A stretch of DNA of 32,000 bases from Halomicronema hongdechloris C2206 (GTDB lineage Bacteria; Cyanobacteriota; Cyanobacteriia; Phormidesmidales; Phormidesmidaceae): the NCBI RefSeq assembly GCF_002075285.3, contig NZ_CP021983.2:360001-392000 (forward strand), given 5' to 3'. Both the position numbers and the translations under genes were made by a program. Each line of letters starts with the position of its first letter. Position 1 is the stretch's first letter. The notes under the pieces are model-generated. The model ran no database searches, had not been told where the DNA came from, and saw nothing but the letters and a program-made list of their open reading frames with translations. Below, piece after piece: positions 14,325-23,890 of the stretch.

Positions 14325-15809
14325 TTAGAATTCGAAATAAATGTAGGGCAGAATCTCCGGGGGAGCCAGCAGCCAGGCCAAGAAGCTGAACACCGGAATC
14401 AGCAGGACCTTAATCGGCCAGTTCAGCTCTAGCTTAAAGCCCCGCTGGAAGCAGTAGACCAGGGCCATCAGCCCCACCCCACCCCAGAGCAGCAGCAGCA
14501 ACTGGGTGAAGGTGAAGCCGAGGGATTCCCCATAGACTTTTTGGCCAAACTGCACGTCGGCAGAGACTCCCCAGCCCCGCTGCCAGGCCAGGGTGAATTG
14601 ACGGAGCTGCGGCAGTCGAAAGGGCAACCAACTGGCGAACACCAATCCCTGGGTGAGCCCCCAGGCCAGCAGGGTGCCTGGCAACGAGGCCCAAAAATGC
14701 CGCAACGGGGCGAGGCGAGATGCGATCGCATGGTTGAGGCGATGAACCACCAGCCCAGCCCCATGCATCGCCCCCCAGATCACAAATCCCCAGTCATTAC
14801 CGTGCCAAACCCCCGCCACCAACATCACGATCATCAAATTGAGGCAGGTGCGAGCCAGGCCTACTCGCGAGCCCCCTAAGGGAAAATACAGGTAATTGCG
14901 CAGCCAGTCTCCCAAGGTCATATGCCAGCGCCGCCAAAAACTGGCAAGGCTGGTGGCAAAATAAGGGAAGTCAAAATTCCGGGGTAATTCAATCCCAAGG
15001 AGCAGAGCGCTGCCCCGGGCGATATCGACATAGGCACTGAAATCGATGAACAGTTGGAGCCCATAGGCAAAAATAGCCAACCAAATATCGGCACTGCCAG
15101 CCCGCGCCAGATTATCCAGGCTGAGATTGACCAATATGGCGATGTGGTCAGCAATCAGTAGCTTCTTAAAGGCGCCCCAGGCAATCAGCCATAGCCCTTC
15201 GATGCCCAGCTGCAGAGAGGGCTTTGGGGGCGGTTCTAGTTGCTGAATGAAACTGTGAAAGCGAGTGATAGGCCCAGAGATCACCTTGGGGAAGAAAAGC
15301 TTGTAGGCCGCGAACTCCCCCAGGCCTCGACTAGCTGGTGAGCCCCGGTAAACATCCACCAGATAGGCAATGCATTCGAAGGTAAAGAAACTTAAGCCCA
15401 GCGGCATAATCAGCCGCAATGCCCCGGGATCGGCCGCTGCCGACGGAGCCACCAAGGCCGATAGGCCCACCAGGCGCAAGATCCCTTCCCCATACTTAAA
15501 CCCCACCAACAGCAGGGTATTAACGACGATACCAAACCCCAGAAATACCGAGCGCCGCCGGTTCCAAAGCACATGCCATTGGGAATTGGGCAGACGGGTG
15601 TCTAAAGGCAAGCTCAACAGCCGTCCCAGGTAAAAGTTAAACCCGACTGAAACCAGCAACAGAGGCAGATAGGTGGCTTGGAGGGATGCATAGAAGACGA
15701 TACTGGCCAGAACCAGCAGCCACAGGCGCACCCCTCGCCTAGGCAGGGACCAATAGATGCCAACGACGCTGAGTAAGAAGAGCAGATAGGCGATCGATGG
15801 CAGGGTCAT
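14325..15809 (-). CDS. MBOAT-family membrane-bound O-acyltransferase (AlgI/DltB-like)
   Basis: A multi-TM protein with FWRRWHMTLGDWLRNYLYFPLGGSR and the conserved His in AGVWHGNDWGF. The ATG at 15809 overlaps the upstream stop as ATGA, so it is preferred over 15839. Confidence 0.85.
   Translation of the reverse strand: MTLPSIAYLLFLLSVVGIYWSLPRRGVRLWLLVLASIVFYASLQATYLPLLLVSVGFNFYLGRLLSLPLDTRLPNSQWHVLWNRRRSVFLGFGIVVNTLLLVGFKYGEGILRLVGLSALVAPSAAADPGALRLIMPLGLSFFTFECIAYLVDVYRGSPASRGLGEFAAYKLFFPKVISGPITRFHSFIQQLEPPPKPSLQLGIEGLWLIAWGAFKKLLIADHIAILVNLSLDNLARAGSADIWLAIFAYGLQLFIDFSAYVDIARGSALLLGIELPRNFDFPYFATSLASFWRRWHMTLGDWLRNYLYFPLGGSRVGLARTCLNLMIVMLVAGVWHGNDWGFVIWGAMHGAGLVVHRLNHAIASRLAPLRHFWASLPGTLLAWGLTQGLVFASWLPFRLPQLRQFTLAWQRGWGVSADVQFGQKVYGESLGFTFTQLLLLLWGGVGLMALVYCFQRGFKLELNWPIKVLLIPVFSFLAWLLAPPEILPYIYFEF
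14722..14729. repeat. HIP1 octamer GCGATCGC
   Basis: Exact match read in the sequence. Confidence 0.9.
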
Positions 15810-18800
15810 GGAGTAGTCTCCGGCATGGGCTCCGGCCAAGGAATCATCGGATCTTGCGCCAAGCGGGTAGACACCTGATAGGCACCGTAGCGATTCAAGT
15901 GGCTCGGATCGGAGAAATAATCATATTCCTCAGGCCAAATTTGGGCTAGATCGCGAAAGATGAAGCCCTCCTCCTGGCCAGATAGCCGCACCATGTATTG
16001 CAGGAACTGGGTTTCGGCGTCGAGACGATAGGGATCTAGGTACTCGTCCGTCAGTGGTGTGTTGACGAATACCAGGGGAATATCCTGACTCTGGGTGAAC
16101 TGCAGCAACCGCTGGAATGCTTCCGCCTGACGTCCCTCTAGCCGGAAAGACCGATAATCACTGTCGTAATAGCCCGAGACCCGCGCATGTTTCTGGTAGT
16201 AGGTGGCCGGATTGAATTGCACCGATAGGGGTAAAAAGCCATCGAAGTCGATGTGGCTACCCTCTGGCAGCGGCGCATCCAAGGGATCACTGGGACCATC
16301 GGCCGGGGGTGGGGCTGCCGGGTCCTGAGACGGGGGGGTGGTCAGAGTCACCAAGCCAGCCTGCAGCCATTCCTTCAGGCGTTGACGTTCTGGGTGTACT
16401 GCAGATAGGGTGCCTAGCTGATCACTCAGCCACTGGTCCATTTGCTGATAGCTACTCCGCAATTGCTCTCCAATCCCCTGGGAGGTGACGGCAATGTCGG
16501 CTGCCGGGTCCTCGCCCGGGGCCGCCGCCGCTGCTTCGGGATCAGTCTCACCGGCCTCCTCAGGGGTATCGTGGGGCAGGGTACCTCGAACCATTTGTCG
16601 GTACCCCTCGGAGGTGGCGATGCCGTTATAGGTGATATCGACCCGGCCACTGTTGAAGGCTCGGGCACCATCGGCCCAGAGAATCAAGCGGGGCAGATAG
16701 TCAGGGGGTAACAGCCGGCGGATGATTAACTCGACCACCTGAGCGGTGGCGCCATTGACACCAAAATTAAATACCTCGATCCCTTCATAGCCCAAGGCAG
16801 CCAGCTCTTCTTCTAAAGCGGTAGGATCAACCCCCCGCAGGGCACGGGAGCTGCCCATAATCAAGACATCCGGCGGATCCTCTAACTGTAGTCGTTGATG
16901 GTACAGGGCCAATTTTTCATTGAGTTGTTCGCTGCGGAAGGAGGGATAAGGGGATGCCTCCAGCAGGATAGAGGTGGCCACCAGGGGGCCCGTAGGACTA
17001 GCCGGCGGTTGGTCAGTAGCATCCCTGGCCCCGGCCGGGGGCGAGGTGGCAAAGGGCTCGGCAACAAAGCGGTCGGCGCGAGGGTCGTCGGCGCCCCATT
17101 CCAGGTCATCGAGGGCCTCTTCAAAGGCAGCAGCCTCTGGATCAACGGCCCCCCCAGGATCCTGCTGGTCGGCAGTCTCGTTGGCCTCAGCTGTGGCTGC
17201 TGGAGGCGACGACAGCAGTTCCCCCAGCAGCCAGTCGGCTTGCACGGTCAAGAGTAGGCCGACAACGGCCCATACCATGGCAATGCGCCAATCCCCTCCC
17301 GCTCGTAAGGGCTGCTGCCCTGGAGTAGATCTCGAGGCAAACAGATGGGAGTGGAGCAGTCCCTTTTGCACGCCTGTAACCGCGGTCGCGGCCCATTGGC
17401 GTAGGGTATGCCCCAGGGTATCCGGGGCCGCCTCTGCAGGCTGGACCTCAGCTTCAGGCGGGGCCAATAGCTCACCCACATAGCTATCTGAGGCGGCAAA
17501 TTCCGGCGTTGCTTCCGGCACCAGCCGCTGCCGAGCCTGAAAGTCGAAGCCCCCGCTCCAGGTCGGCTGGGACTGTCCGGCGCGACGACCATAGAGCCGG
17601 ACTCCGATAATTCCCTGGGGCCGCAGCCGCTTCAATAGCTGGCCTACGATGGGGGCGACATGCGATCGCACCGGACAAAGTGGCCCATCCAGCATCACAT
17701 GCAACAGCTGGTTGCGAATCAATAGCTGCACCCGAATCCCCCCCGTAGCCAGGTAGTCATCTAGCTGGGGATTCAGCTGCTGGGTGAGCAGGAAGGCCAG
17801 GGCTGGTAAGTCAGCCTCGGCAGCCAAGGTCCTGGCAGACACCGCCAGGGCCGGGTGATCTGCCCCCGGCAAGTCGACGCCCTGCACCCAGTCTGGCATC
17901 TCGGCAGTCGCGGTCTGGCCGTACAGCAGGGCTCGATGCAGTCCCTGGGGGGCCAATCCGTCCAGTAACGGCTGCAACAGCTCTAGCACGGTCTCCGCCG
18001 AGGGCAAGGGGTCAGCCTCTCCCTGGCCAATCAAATGCAGCGTAGTGTCTTTGCGGGAAGCGGTCACCGTCATCGCCAGCCCGGCAGCGGTGAGAGCCGC
18101 CTGGACCAATCGTCGAATCGCCTCGGCATGCCCCCAGCGGGCCCACTCCCGCAGCATTTCCTGGGGCGGGGTGAGATCAATGCGTAAGCGCCAGTCAGGT
18201 TTAGCTTCTCCCTGTACCTGCAACAACAGGACAGCATCCTTGAATTGGGTCAGTTCTAGCTGCCGCAGTCGTTCTGCCGTAGGCTGGGCAATCAGGGCCG
18301 GATCTGGACTATAGGTAGCCTGACAGAGCACCCACAGGCGGGGAATTACAGGACCTTGACCGTTGCTGACTTGAACCGGCGGCGGTGGTCCAAACTGCAC
18401 AATGTCAGACGAAATATGAGCTTGTCCCGGCACAGCCTTAATGCTGACCCAGACCCCCACATCCAGCGCACTGAGCGTCTCACTCAGATACCAGGCCACC
18501 GCCTCGGGATCCCCTTGCCGGGCTAGGCTCAGTTGGGAGAGCACAATGGCCCCATCTCCAGCATCATGATCTGCCATGAGCTCATCTGGATGGGCCTGCA
18601 GTAACCCCTGAGCAGCTTGAATATCTTTGGGATCCTGGGTTTGCAGGACCAGTTGAGCTAAGTGACGCTCCAAACGATTTAGATAGAGCGGCGCCGTCCA
18701 ATCGGGCTGTTCTTGGGCTGTGACCCGATGGTACAGATAGAGCTGATACACATGGGGATAGAGCTGCTGAATCAGCTGGACGCCCCCTTGCCGCAACAGA

Positions 18801-18991
18801 GCCCGCACCAGCCTCAACAGCAGTGGGGCCTGAGGCAGGGACTCCGGGGTTTCGCAGAGAACGTGGAGAATATTACCCCGCAGCTTCAGTCTCAACTCTA
18901 GCTCAGGCTGATCTAGCGCCTGGTGAAACCAGGTTACCAGGCCCGTAGCCGGGGCTGGGTGCATAGCCGATGGGGGACGCTTAGCAGCCAT
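15806..18991 (-). CDS. Large protein (1061 aa) with a C-terminal DUF1574/SGNH-like domain, partner of the MBOAT
   Basis: The C-terminal region (VLIMGSSRALRGVDP, FNFGVNGATAQ, LILWADGARAFN, SDPSHLNRYGAY) looks like the DUF1574 family commonly found next to MBOAT genes. There is a TM segment (IAMVWAVVGLLLTV) mid-protein. The N-terminal half has recurring ...LHV/LHL... modules. Confidence 0.7.
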   Translation of the reverse strand: MAAKRPPSAMHPAPATGLVTWFHQALDQPELELRLKLRGNILHVLCETPESLPQAPLLLRLVRALLRQGGVQLIQQLYPHVYQLYLYHRVTAQEQPDWTAPLYLNRLERHLAQLVLQTQDPKDIQAAQGLLQAHPDELMADHDAGDGAIVLSQLSLARQGDPEAVAWYLSETLSALDVGVWVSIKAVPGQAHISSDIVQFGPPPPVQVSNGQGPVIPRLWVLCQATYSPDPALIAQPTAERLRQLELTQFKDAVLLLQVQGEAKPDWRLRIDLTPPQEMLREWARWGHAEAIRRLVQAALTAAGLAMTVTASRKDTTLHLIGQGEADPLPSAETVLELLQPLLDGLAPQGLHRALLYGQTATAEMPDWVQGVDLPGADHPALAVSARTLAAEADLPALAFLLTQQLNPQLDDYLATGGIRVQLLIRNQLLHVMLDGPLCPVRSHVAPIVGQLLKRLRPQGIIGVRLYGRRAGQSQPTWSGGFDFQARQRLVPEATPEFAASDSYVGELLAPPEAEVQPAEAAPDTLGHTLRQWAATAVTGVQKGLLHSHLFASRSTPGQQPLRAGGDWRIAMVWAVVGLLLTVQADWLLGELLSSPPAATAEANETADQQDPGGAVDPEAAAFEEALDDLEWGADDPRADRFVAEPFATSPPAGARDATDQPPASPTGPLVATSILLEASPYPSFRSEQLNEKLALYHQRLQLEDPPDVLIMGSSRALRGVDPTALEEELAALGYEGIEVFNFGVNGATAQVVELIIRRLLPPDYLPRLILWADGARAFNSGRVDITYNGIATSEGYRQMVRGTLPHDTPEEAGETDPEAAAAAPGEDPAADIAVTSQGIGEQLRSSYQQMDQWLSDQLGTLSAVHPERQRLKEWLQAGLVTLTTPPSQDPAAPPPADGPSDPLDAPLPEGSHIDFDGFLPLSVQFNPATYYQKHARVSGYYDSDYRSFRLEGRQAEAFQRLLQFTQSQDIPLVFVNTPLTDEYLDPYRLDAETQFLQYMVRLSGQEEGFIFRDLAQIWPEEYDYFSDPSHLNRYGAYQVSTRLAQDPMIPWPEPMPETTP
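17662..17669. repeat. HIP1 octamer GCGATCGC
   Basis: Exact match read in the sequence. Confidence 0.9.
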
Positions 18992-19237
18992 AGGGAATGG
19001 GGCAATTAACTCATCAGAGTAGTGTAGGAGAAGACACCGTTAGCAGCGTAGACAACATCTCATGACATCTGAGAAATTTAGGATCAATCAACAGGGAGGA
19101 ATTGAGACTACAAAAAATCTGGAGATGGCAACGCGACCCCGACAGGGTGGTCGAGGGAGGATCGTTTAATTCGCCGCCGTGATTCTCTCAGCTGACGCAG
19201 AGATCTCAGGCAAATTAGGATAACGCCATCGACGTTA

Positions 19238-19280
19238 GTGCCGCCATCACCAGTGCCGCCATCACCAGTGCCGCCATCAT
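19238..19280. repeat. 15-bp tandem repeat GTGCCGCCATCACCA, about 2.9 copies
   Basis: Read directly: gtgccgccatcacca gtgccgccatcacca gtgccgccatcat. It lies in the intergenic region between divergent genes. Confidence 0.85.
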
Positions 19281-19329
19281 AGTACTGATAAATGTTCAAA
19301 CCCGCGCGTTTTTCAAGGGGTTTATTGTC

Positions 19330-19746
19330 ATGCTAGCGAATCCCATCGGCAATCCATGGACAGCATGGCGAGGACGTCTGAGGCGCTTCAGCGCCTTTTA
19401 TGATGGTGGAATAACTGATCCCATCCCAAGTCCAGCCGGAGATTTGGGACCTCTCCCCGATTGGTGGGATCTTCTAAATATCGTTGCATATGCGCTGCTG
19501 TGTTCTTGGAGTCTGGTCATGTCTGCTTCTACCTCCGTTGAGCTAACCTCCCCATCGCCGTCGCAGATGCCCTCTGTGACTAGTCTGACCATTAGTTTGG
19601 CGACCCTGCCTGTCCTGGTAGGATTACTGGGTAGCCATGCGATCGCAGATATCTTTCACCACGTCGGCTTAGCCAGTGAAGAGCTCTTTCGAGGCGAGCG
19701 GTTACCGATTTTGGCGATTCCCACCAAAGACGGCACCACCCCCTAA
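19330..19746 (+). CDS. Hypothetical membrane protein (138 aa)
   Basis: An ATG ORF with two hydrophobic segments (IVAYALLCSWSLVM, LTISLATLPVLVGLLG). No motif recognised. Confidence 0.45.
   Translation: MLANPIGNPWTAWRGRLRRFSAFYDGGITDPIPSPAGDLGPLPDWWDLLNIVAYALLCSWSLVMSASTSVELTSPSPSQMPSVTSLTISLATLPVLVGLLGSHAIADIFHHVGLASEELFRGERLPILAIPTKDGTTP
19639..19646. repeat. HIP1 octamer GCGATCGC
   Basis: Exact match read in the sequence. Confidence 0.9.
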
Positions 19747-19875
19747 CCAGTTCTCCCCTGCGACATGTCCCAGCAGATTGCTGGCTTGCAATAAACCGTC
19801 CTGCTTCCAGCTTGATGCGGTAATGTACTGCTAACCCATTTTGCTCGCCTACTGTTCCGTCATCCCACTGGTTTC

Positions 19876-22800
19876 ATGAGTTCTACCCTGCATCCCTCCG
19901 ACGATAAATTTTCGGCTGGTTCTACAGCAGTAGATACCCTAATGGAGAAAGTGGCTCCAGCTTCCTCAGCCCACGATCTATTGTTTAGACATCGTCTCAG
20001 AGTCGTCGAGGAGATCTGGGAAGGTGTTCTACGGCAAGAGTGCGGACAAAACCTAGTCGATCTGCTGCAAAAGTTGCGGTTAATGTGCTCCCCCGAGGGG
20101 CAAGCCCCGACGGCCCGAGAAGCCAGCGTTGTCAATGTTGTTCATGTCGTCGAGCAACTCGATCTCGAAGATGCCATTCAAGCCTCTCGAGCCTTCGCCC
20201 TCTACTTTCAACTGATCAACATCGTCGAGCAGCATTACGAGCAACAGGGACAGCAGCGTCAATATCGGGCGGCCTACGATAAGGTAGGCCCGAGCGCTCA
20301 CGCTGCTAATTCCGCCTATGAGACTCACCCATCGGCCGAGCATCGACCTGGGCTGCCGGTATCTGATGTGGAAGAAGGCAGTAACGGCCATCGCTTCCAG
20401 GCTAGCTTACTGGCTCGCAGCTTGATGACCCGGCGAGACAACCAGCGGGACATTGGCACCTTCCACTGGTTATTCCCCTCCCTGAAACAGCTCAATGTTC
20501 CCCCACGCCTGATTCAAACCCTGGTCGATCAATTAGACGTTCGCCTGGTCTTCACGGCCCACCCCACTGAAATTGTGCGCCACACCATCCGTGACAAGCA
20601 ACGGCGCATTTCTGACATCTTGCGGGAGCTTGATCGGGCCGAGGAGAGTACCCAAGGCAGCGGACTGTCCTCCAGTTGGGACTTGGAAGAATTGAAGAGC
20701 CGACTCACAGAAGAGGTTCGACTCTGGTGGCGTACCGATGAGCTCCATCAGTTTAAGCCCTCTGTCTTAGATGAAGTCGACTATACCCTGCACTATTTCC
20801 AGGTGGTCCTATTCGACACGCTGCCGCAGCTCTATTACCGCTTTAAGCGGGCCCTTAATATCACCTTCCCTCACCTAACGCCTCCCAAGCCCAACTTTTG
20901 TCGCTTTGGCTCTTGGGTCGGGGCCGACCGAGACGGTAATCCCTCCGTGACCCCAGATATTACCTGGCGCACGGCCTCGTTTCAGCGCAACCTGGTCCTG
21001 AACAAATACATTGCCTCCATTGAGCATCTGACTCAACTGCTCAGCCTGTCCCTGCACTGGAGCGAGGTGATGCCAGAGCTGCTGGAGTCCCTGGAGCAAG
21101 ACCAGGCCCAGATGCCCAAAGTCTATGACCGCCTGGCCATTCGCTATCGTCAGGAGCCCTATCGGCTGAAGCTGGCCTACATCCAACAGCGGCTAGAAAA
21201 CACCCTGAAACGCAGCCTCAGCCTATTTCAGGGGGATCCTCGCCCTGAGAAGGTGACGGAGTTAGCCCCTGGCACCTTCTATCGCACCGGTCCCGACTTT
21301 CTGGCTGAGTTGCAGATGATTCAGCGCAACCTAGAGGCAACTGGTCTAGTATGTCAGGACCTGGAAACCTTAATTTGCCAGGTGGAAATCTATGGCTTCA
21401 ACCTGGCTCAGCTCGACATCCGCCAGGAAAGCTCTCGCCATTCCGATGCCCTCAACGAAATCACCGAGTATCTGCAGATTCTGCCCACCGCCTATGGCCA
21501 CCTGAGTGAAGCCGAAAAAACGGCTTGGCTCACCGCAGAACTGCAGACTCGTCGTCCCTTGGTGCCTGGTGAACTGCCGTTTTCTGACAAGACTCGGGAA
21601 ACCATAGAGACCTTTCGCATGGTGCGGCACCTACACCAGGAATTTGGCCCCGACATCTGCCGCAGCTACGTGGTCAGCATGAGTCATCATGTCAGTGACA
21701 TGCTGGAGGTGTTGCTGCTGGCCAAGGAAGCTGGTCTCTACGATCCCGCCACCCATCGCTCGGCGATTCAACCGGTGCCTCTGTTCGAAACCGTGGAGGA
21801 CTTACAACGGGCACCGGCGGTGATGAATCAACTGTTTGAATTGCCCCTGTATCGGACGGCCCTGCAGGGGGGAATAGAACCGGCCCAGTCTGAAGACATG
21901 CCGTTGCAGGAAGTGATGCTGGGCTATTCTGACAGCAACAAAGATTCGGGATTCCTCAGCAGTAATTGGGAGATCCATAAGGCCCAGCAGTCTTTACAAT
22001 CCACGGCCGATGGCTATGGCATTGCCCTGCGGATTTTCCATGGCCGCGGCGGCTCTGTCGGGCGAGGGGGCGGCCCGGCCTATGAAGCGATTCTGGCCCA
22101 GCCCGGCCGCAGTATTAATGGCCGCATCAAGATCACGGAGCAAGGGGAAGTGCTGGCCTCTAAGTACAATCTGCCGGATCTGGCCTTATATAACCTAGAG
22201 ACCGTGACCACGGCTGTAATCCAAGCTAGCTTACTCAACAGTAGTTTCGATCACATCCAGCCTTGGAATGAAATCATGGAGGAGTTGGCGGATCGGTCTC
22301 GCTGCCACTATCGTGAGTTGATTTACGAGCAACCAGATTTGGTGGATTTTTTCCACCATGTGACACCCATCGAAGAAATCAGCCAACTGCAGATCAGTTC
22401 CCGTCCGGCCCGGCGCGGTGGCAAGAAAGATTTGGGCAGTCTGCGGGCAATTCCCTGGGTCTTCAGCTGGACTCAGGCTCGGTTTCTACTGCCCTCTTGG
22501 TATGGGGTGGGCACGGCCCTGAATGAATTTCTACAACAGCAGCCCACCGAGCATCTGAAACTGCTGCGGTACTTCTACTACAAGTGGCCCTTCTTCAAGA
22601 TGGTGATTTCGAAGGTAGAAATGACTCTGGCCAAGGTGGATTTGCAAATTGCTGAGCATTATTTGCGAGAACTCACGCCTGGGGAAAAGCATGAGCGCTT
22701 CCAGGTCTTGTTTGACAAGATCTCCCAGGAATTTCATCTCACTTGTGAGATGGTCCTCAAAATCACTGGAAATCAGCGGCTGCTAGACAGTGATCCGGAG

Positions 22801-22998
22801 TTGCAGCGCTCGGTGTATTTGCGCAATGGCACCATCGTGCCCCTGGGCTTTCTGCAGGTATCCCTGCTGAAGCGGCTGCGCCAGCATAAGAACGCCACCG
22901 CTGGTGTGATTCGCTCTCGCTATAGTCGGGGAGAATTGTTGCGAGGAGCGTTGCTGACGATCAACGGTATCGCGGCAGGCATGCGCAATACCGGCTAG
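19876..22998 (+). CDS. ppc: Phosphoenolpyruvate carboxylase
   Basis: 1040 aa with the signature motifs [18 protein letters not shown] and [14 protein letters not shown], and the C-terminal [11 protein letters not shown]. Confidence 0.97.
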   Translation: MSSTLHPSDDKFSAGSTAVDTLMEKVAPASSAHDLLFRHRLRVVEEIWEGVLRQECGQNLVDLLQKLRLMCSPEGQAPTAREASVVNVVHVVEQLDLEDAIQASRAFALYFQLINIVEQHYEQQGQQRQYRAAYDKVGPSAHAANSAYETHPSAEHRPGLPVSDVEEGSNGHRFQASLLARSLMTRRDNQRDIGTFHWLFPSLKQLNVPPRLIQTLVDQLDVRLVFTAHPTEIVRHTIRDKQRRISDILRELDRAEESTQGSGLSSSWDLEELKSRLTEEVRLWWRTDELHQFKPSVLDEVDYTLHYFQVVLFDTLPQLYYRFKRALNITFPHLTPPKPNFCRFGSWVGADRDGNPSVTPDITWRTASFQRNLVLNKYIASIEHLTQLLSLSLHWSEVMPELLESLEQDQAQMPKVYDRLAIRYRQEPYRLKLAYIQQRLENTLKRSLSLFQGDPRPEKVTELAPGTFYRTGPDFLAELQMIQRNLEATGLVCQDLETLICQVEIYGFNLAQLDIRQESSRHSDALNEITEYLQILPTAYGHLSEAEKTAWLTAELQTRRPLVPGELPFSDKTRETIETFRMVRHLHQEFGPDICRSYVVSMSHHVSDMLEVLLLAKEAGLYDPATHRSAIQPVPLFETVEDLQRAPAVMNQLFELPLYRTALQGGIEPAQSEDMPLQEVMLGYSDSNKDSGFLSSNWEIHKAQQSLQSTADGYGIALRIFHGRGGSVGRGGGPAYEAILAQPGRSINGRIKITEQGEVLASKYNLPDLALYNLETVTTAVIQASLLNSSFDHIQPWNEIMEELADRSRCHYRELIYEQPDLVDFFHHVTPIEEISQLQISSRPARRGGKKDLGSLRAIPWVFSWTQARFLLPSWYGVGTALNEFLQQQPTEHLKLLRYFYYKWPFFKMVISKVEMTLAKVDLQIAEHYLRELTPGEKHERFQVLFDKISQEFHLTCEMVLKITGNQRLLDSDPELQRSVYLRNGTIVPLGFLQVSLLKRLRQHKNATAGVIRSRYSRGELLRGALLTINGIAAGMRNTG

Positions 22999-23270
22999 GA
23001 AAACGTAACGTTTGATAACATTTCGGTGGCGTTGGCGATGGGATTTGCTTGAATTGACCCGTACTGGCGTACTTAATTGGCTGAAACACTTAATCTAGTT
23101 GGGTTTGACCTGATTTTTTGTGGTGTTTTCAGTCGCAATGCAGTAATGTATCTGCAATTGTATTAGGGCTATCGAGCTGGTGGTAGAGGCCTTTGCCGGA
23201 TTCAGCATTCGGTTGAGAAGAGCATGGGTCTATCACTGGGGTTAACCGGTAGTCGGTAAGCGTTCGGGGA

Positions 23271-23807
23271 GTGAATAGTATGAATGGTGGTATGGGTAGA
23301 TTCGAACACTGGCTGGCAACGGTTGCTGCTGGCGTGGCCCTAGGGGCGGTGGCGATGGGGGCTGTTCCGGTGCAGGCTCAGGTCGCCTATGGCAGCTACA
23401 TCGGTGCCGGCGCTTCTGTGGGGCTAACCGAAGACGACAATGGCGATGGCGATGGTATCTCCGGGGTGATTGCTGGTCGCTACCGATTTCTAGAGGCTCC
23501 CATATCGGCTCGAGCTCAGGCGCTAGTGTTTGGTGACTCTTTTGCCATCGTGCCCACGGTTTCCTACGATGTTCCTTTGAATTGGAACACTGACGCCTAT
23601 CTCGGGGCTGGGGTCGCCTTCACTGGCGGCGATGAGCCCTCTGCCGTTGGCGACAAAACTTCCTTCGTGCTACAGCCCGGGGTCGACTACATCATGCCAA
23701 ACAACAACTTAGTGCTGTTTGGCAATGCCATCATTGCCTTCGATGCCTATGAGAATGGCGGTGGCACAGCCCTATCTCTACAAGGGGGAGTGGGGGTTCA
23801 GTTCTAA
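23271..23807 (+). CDS. Small outer-membrane beta-barrel-like protein with signal peptide
   Basis: N-terminal signal-like sequence ending AVPVQAQ, alternating Gly/aromatic beta-strand pattern, and a C-terminal Phe (GVGVQF). The start may be the ATG at 23280. Confidence 0.6.
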   Translation: MNSMNGGMGRFEHWLATVAAGVALGAVAMGAVPVQAQVAYGSYIGAGASVGLTEDDNGDGDGISGVIAGRYRFLEAPISARAQALVFGDSFAIVPTVSYDVPLNWNTDAYLGAGVAFTGGDEPSAVGDKTSFVLQPGVDYIMPNNNLVLFGNAIIAFDAYENGGGTALSLQGGVGVQF

Positions 23808-23890
23808 GCGGGTGGTCAGGATTTGCCAACTTGGACGCAACTGGAACACATGTATTTAATTCCGCTACCATGGCTCAGAAAGCGTAGGGG

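Noticed and set aside
19108-19299. A 63-aa minus-strand ORF encoding (DGGTG) repeats.
   Set aside because: It has no RBS and no recognisable domain. The repeat peptide is a by-product of the 15-bp DNA tandem repeat. It is kept only as a repeat feature.
23000-23270. The 270-nt intergenic region upstream of the beta-barrel gene, with a small hairpin (GCAATGCAG..CTGCAATTG), considered as a riboswitch or sRNA.
   Set aside because: I could not match it to any riboswitch or RNA family consensus by eye. The evidence is insufficient.
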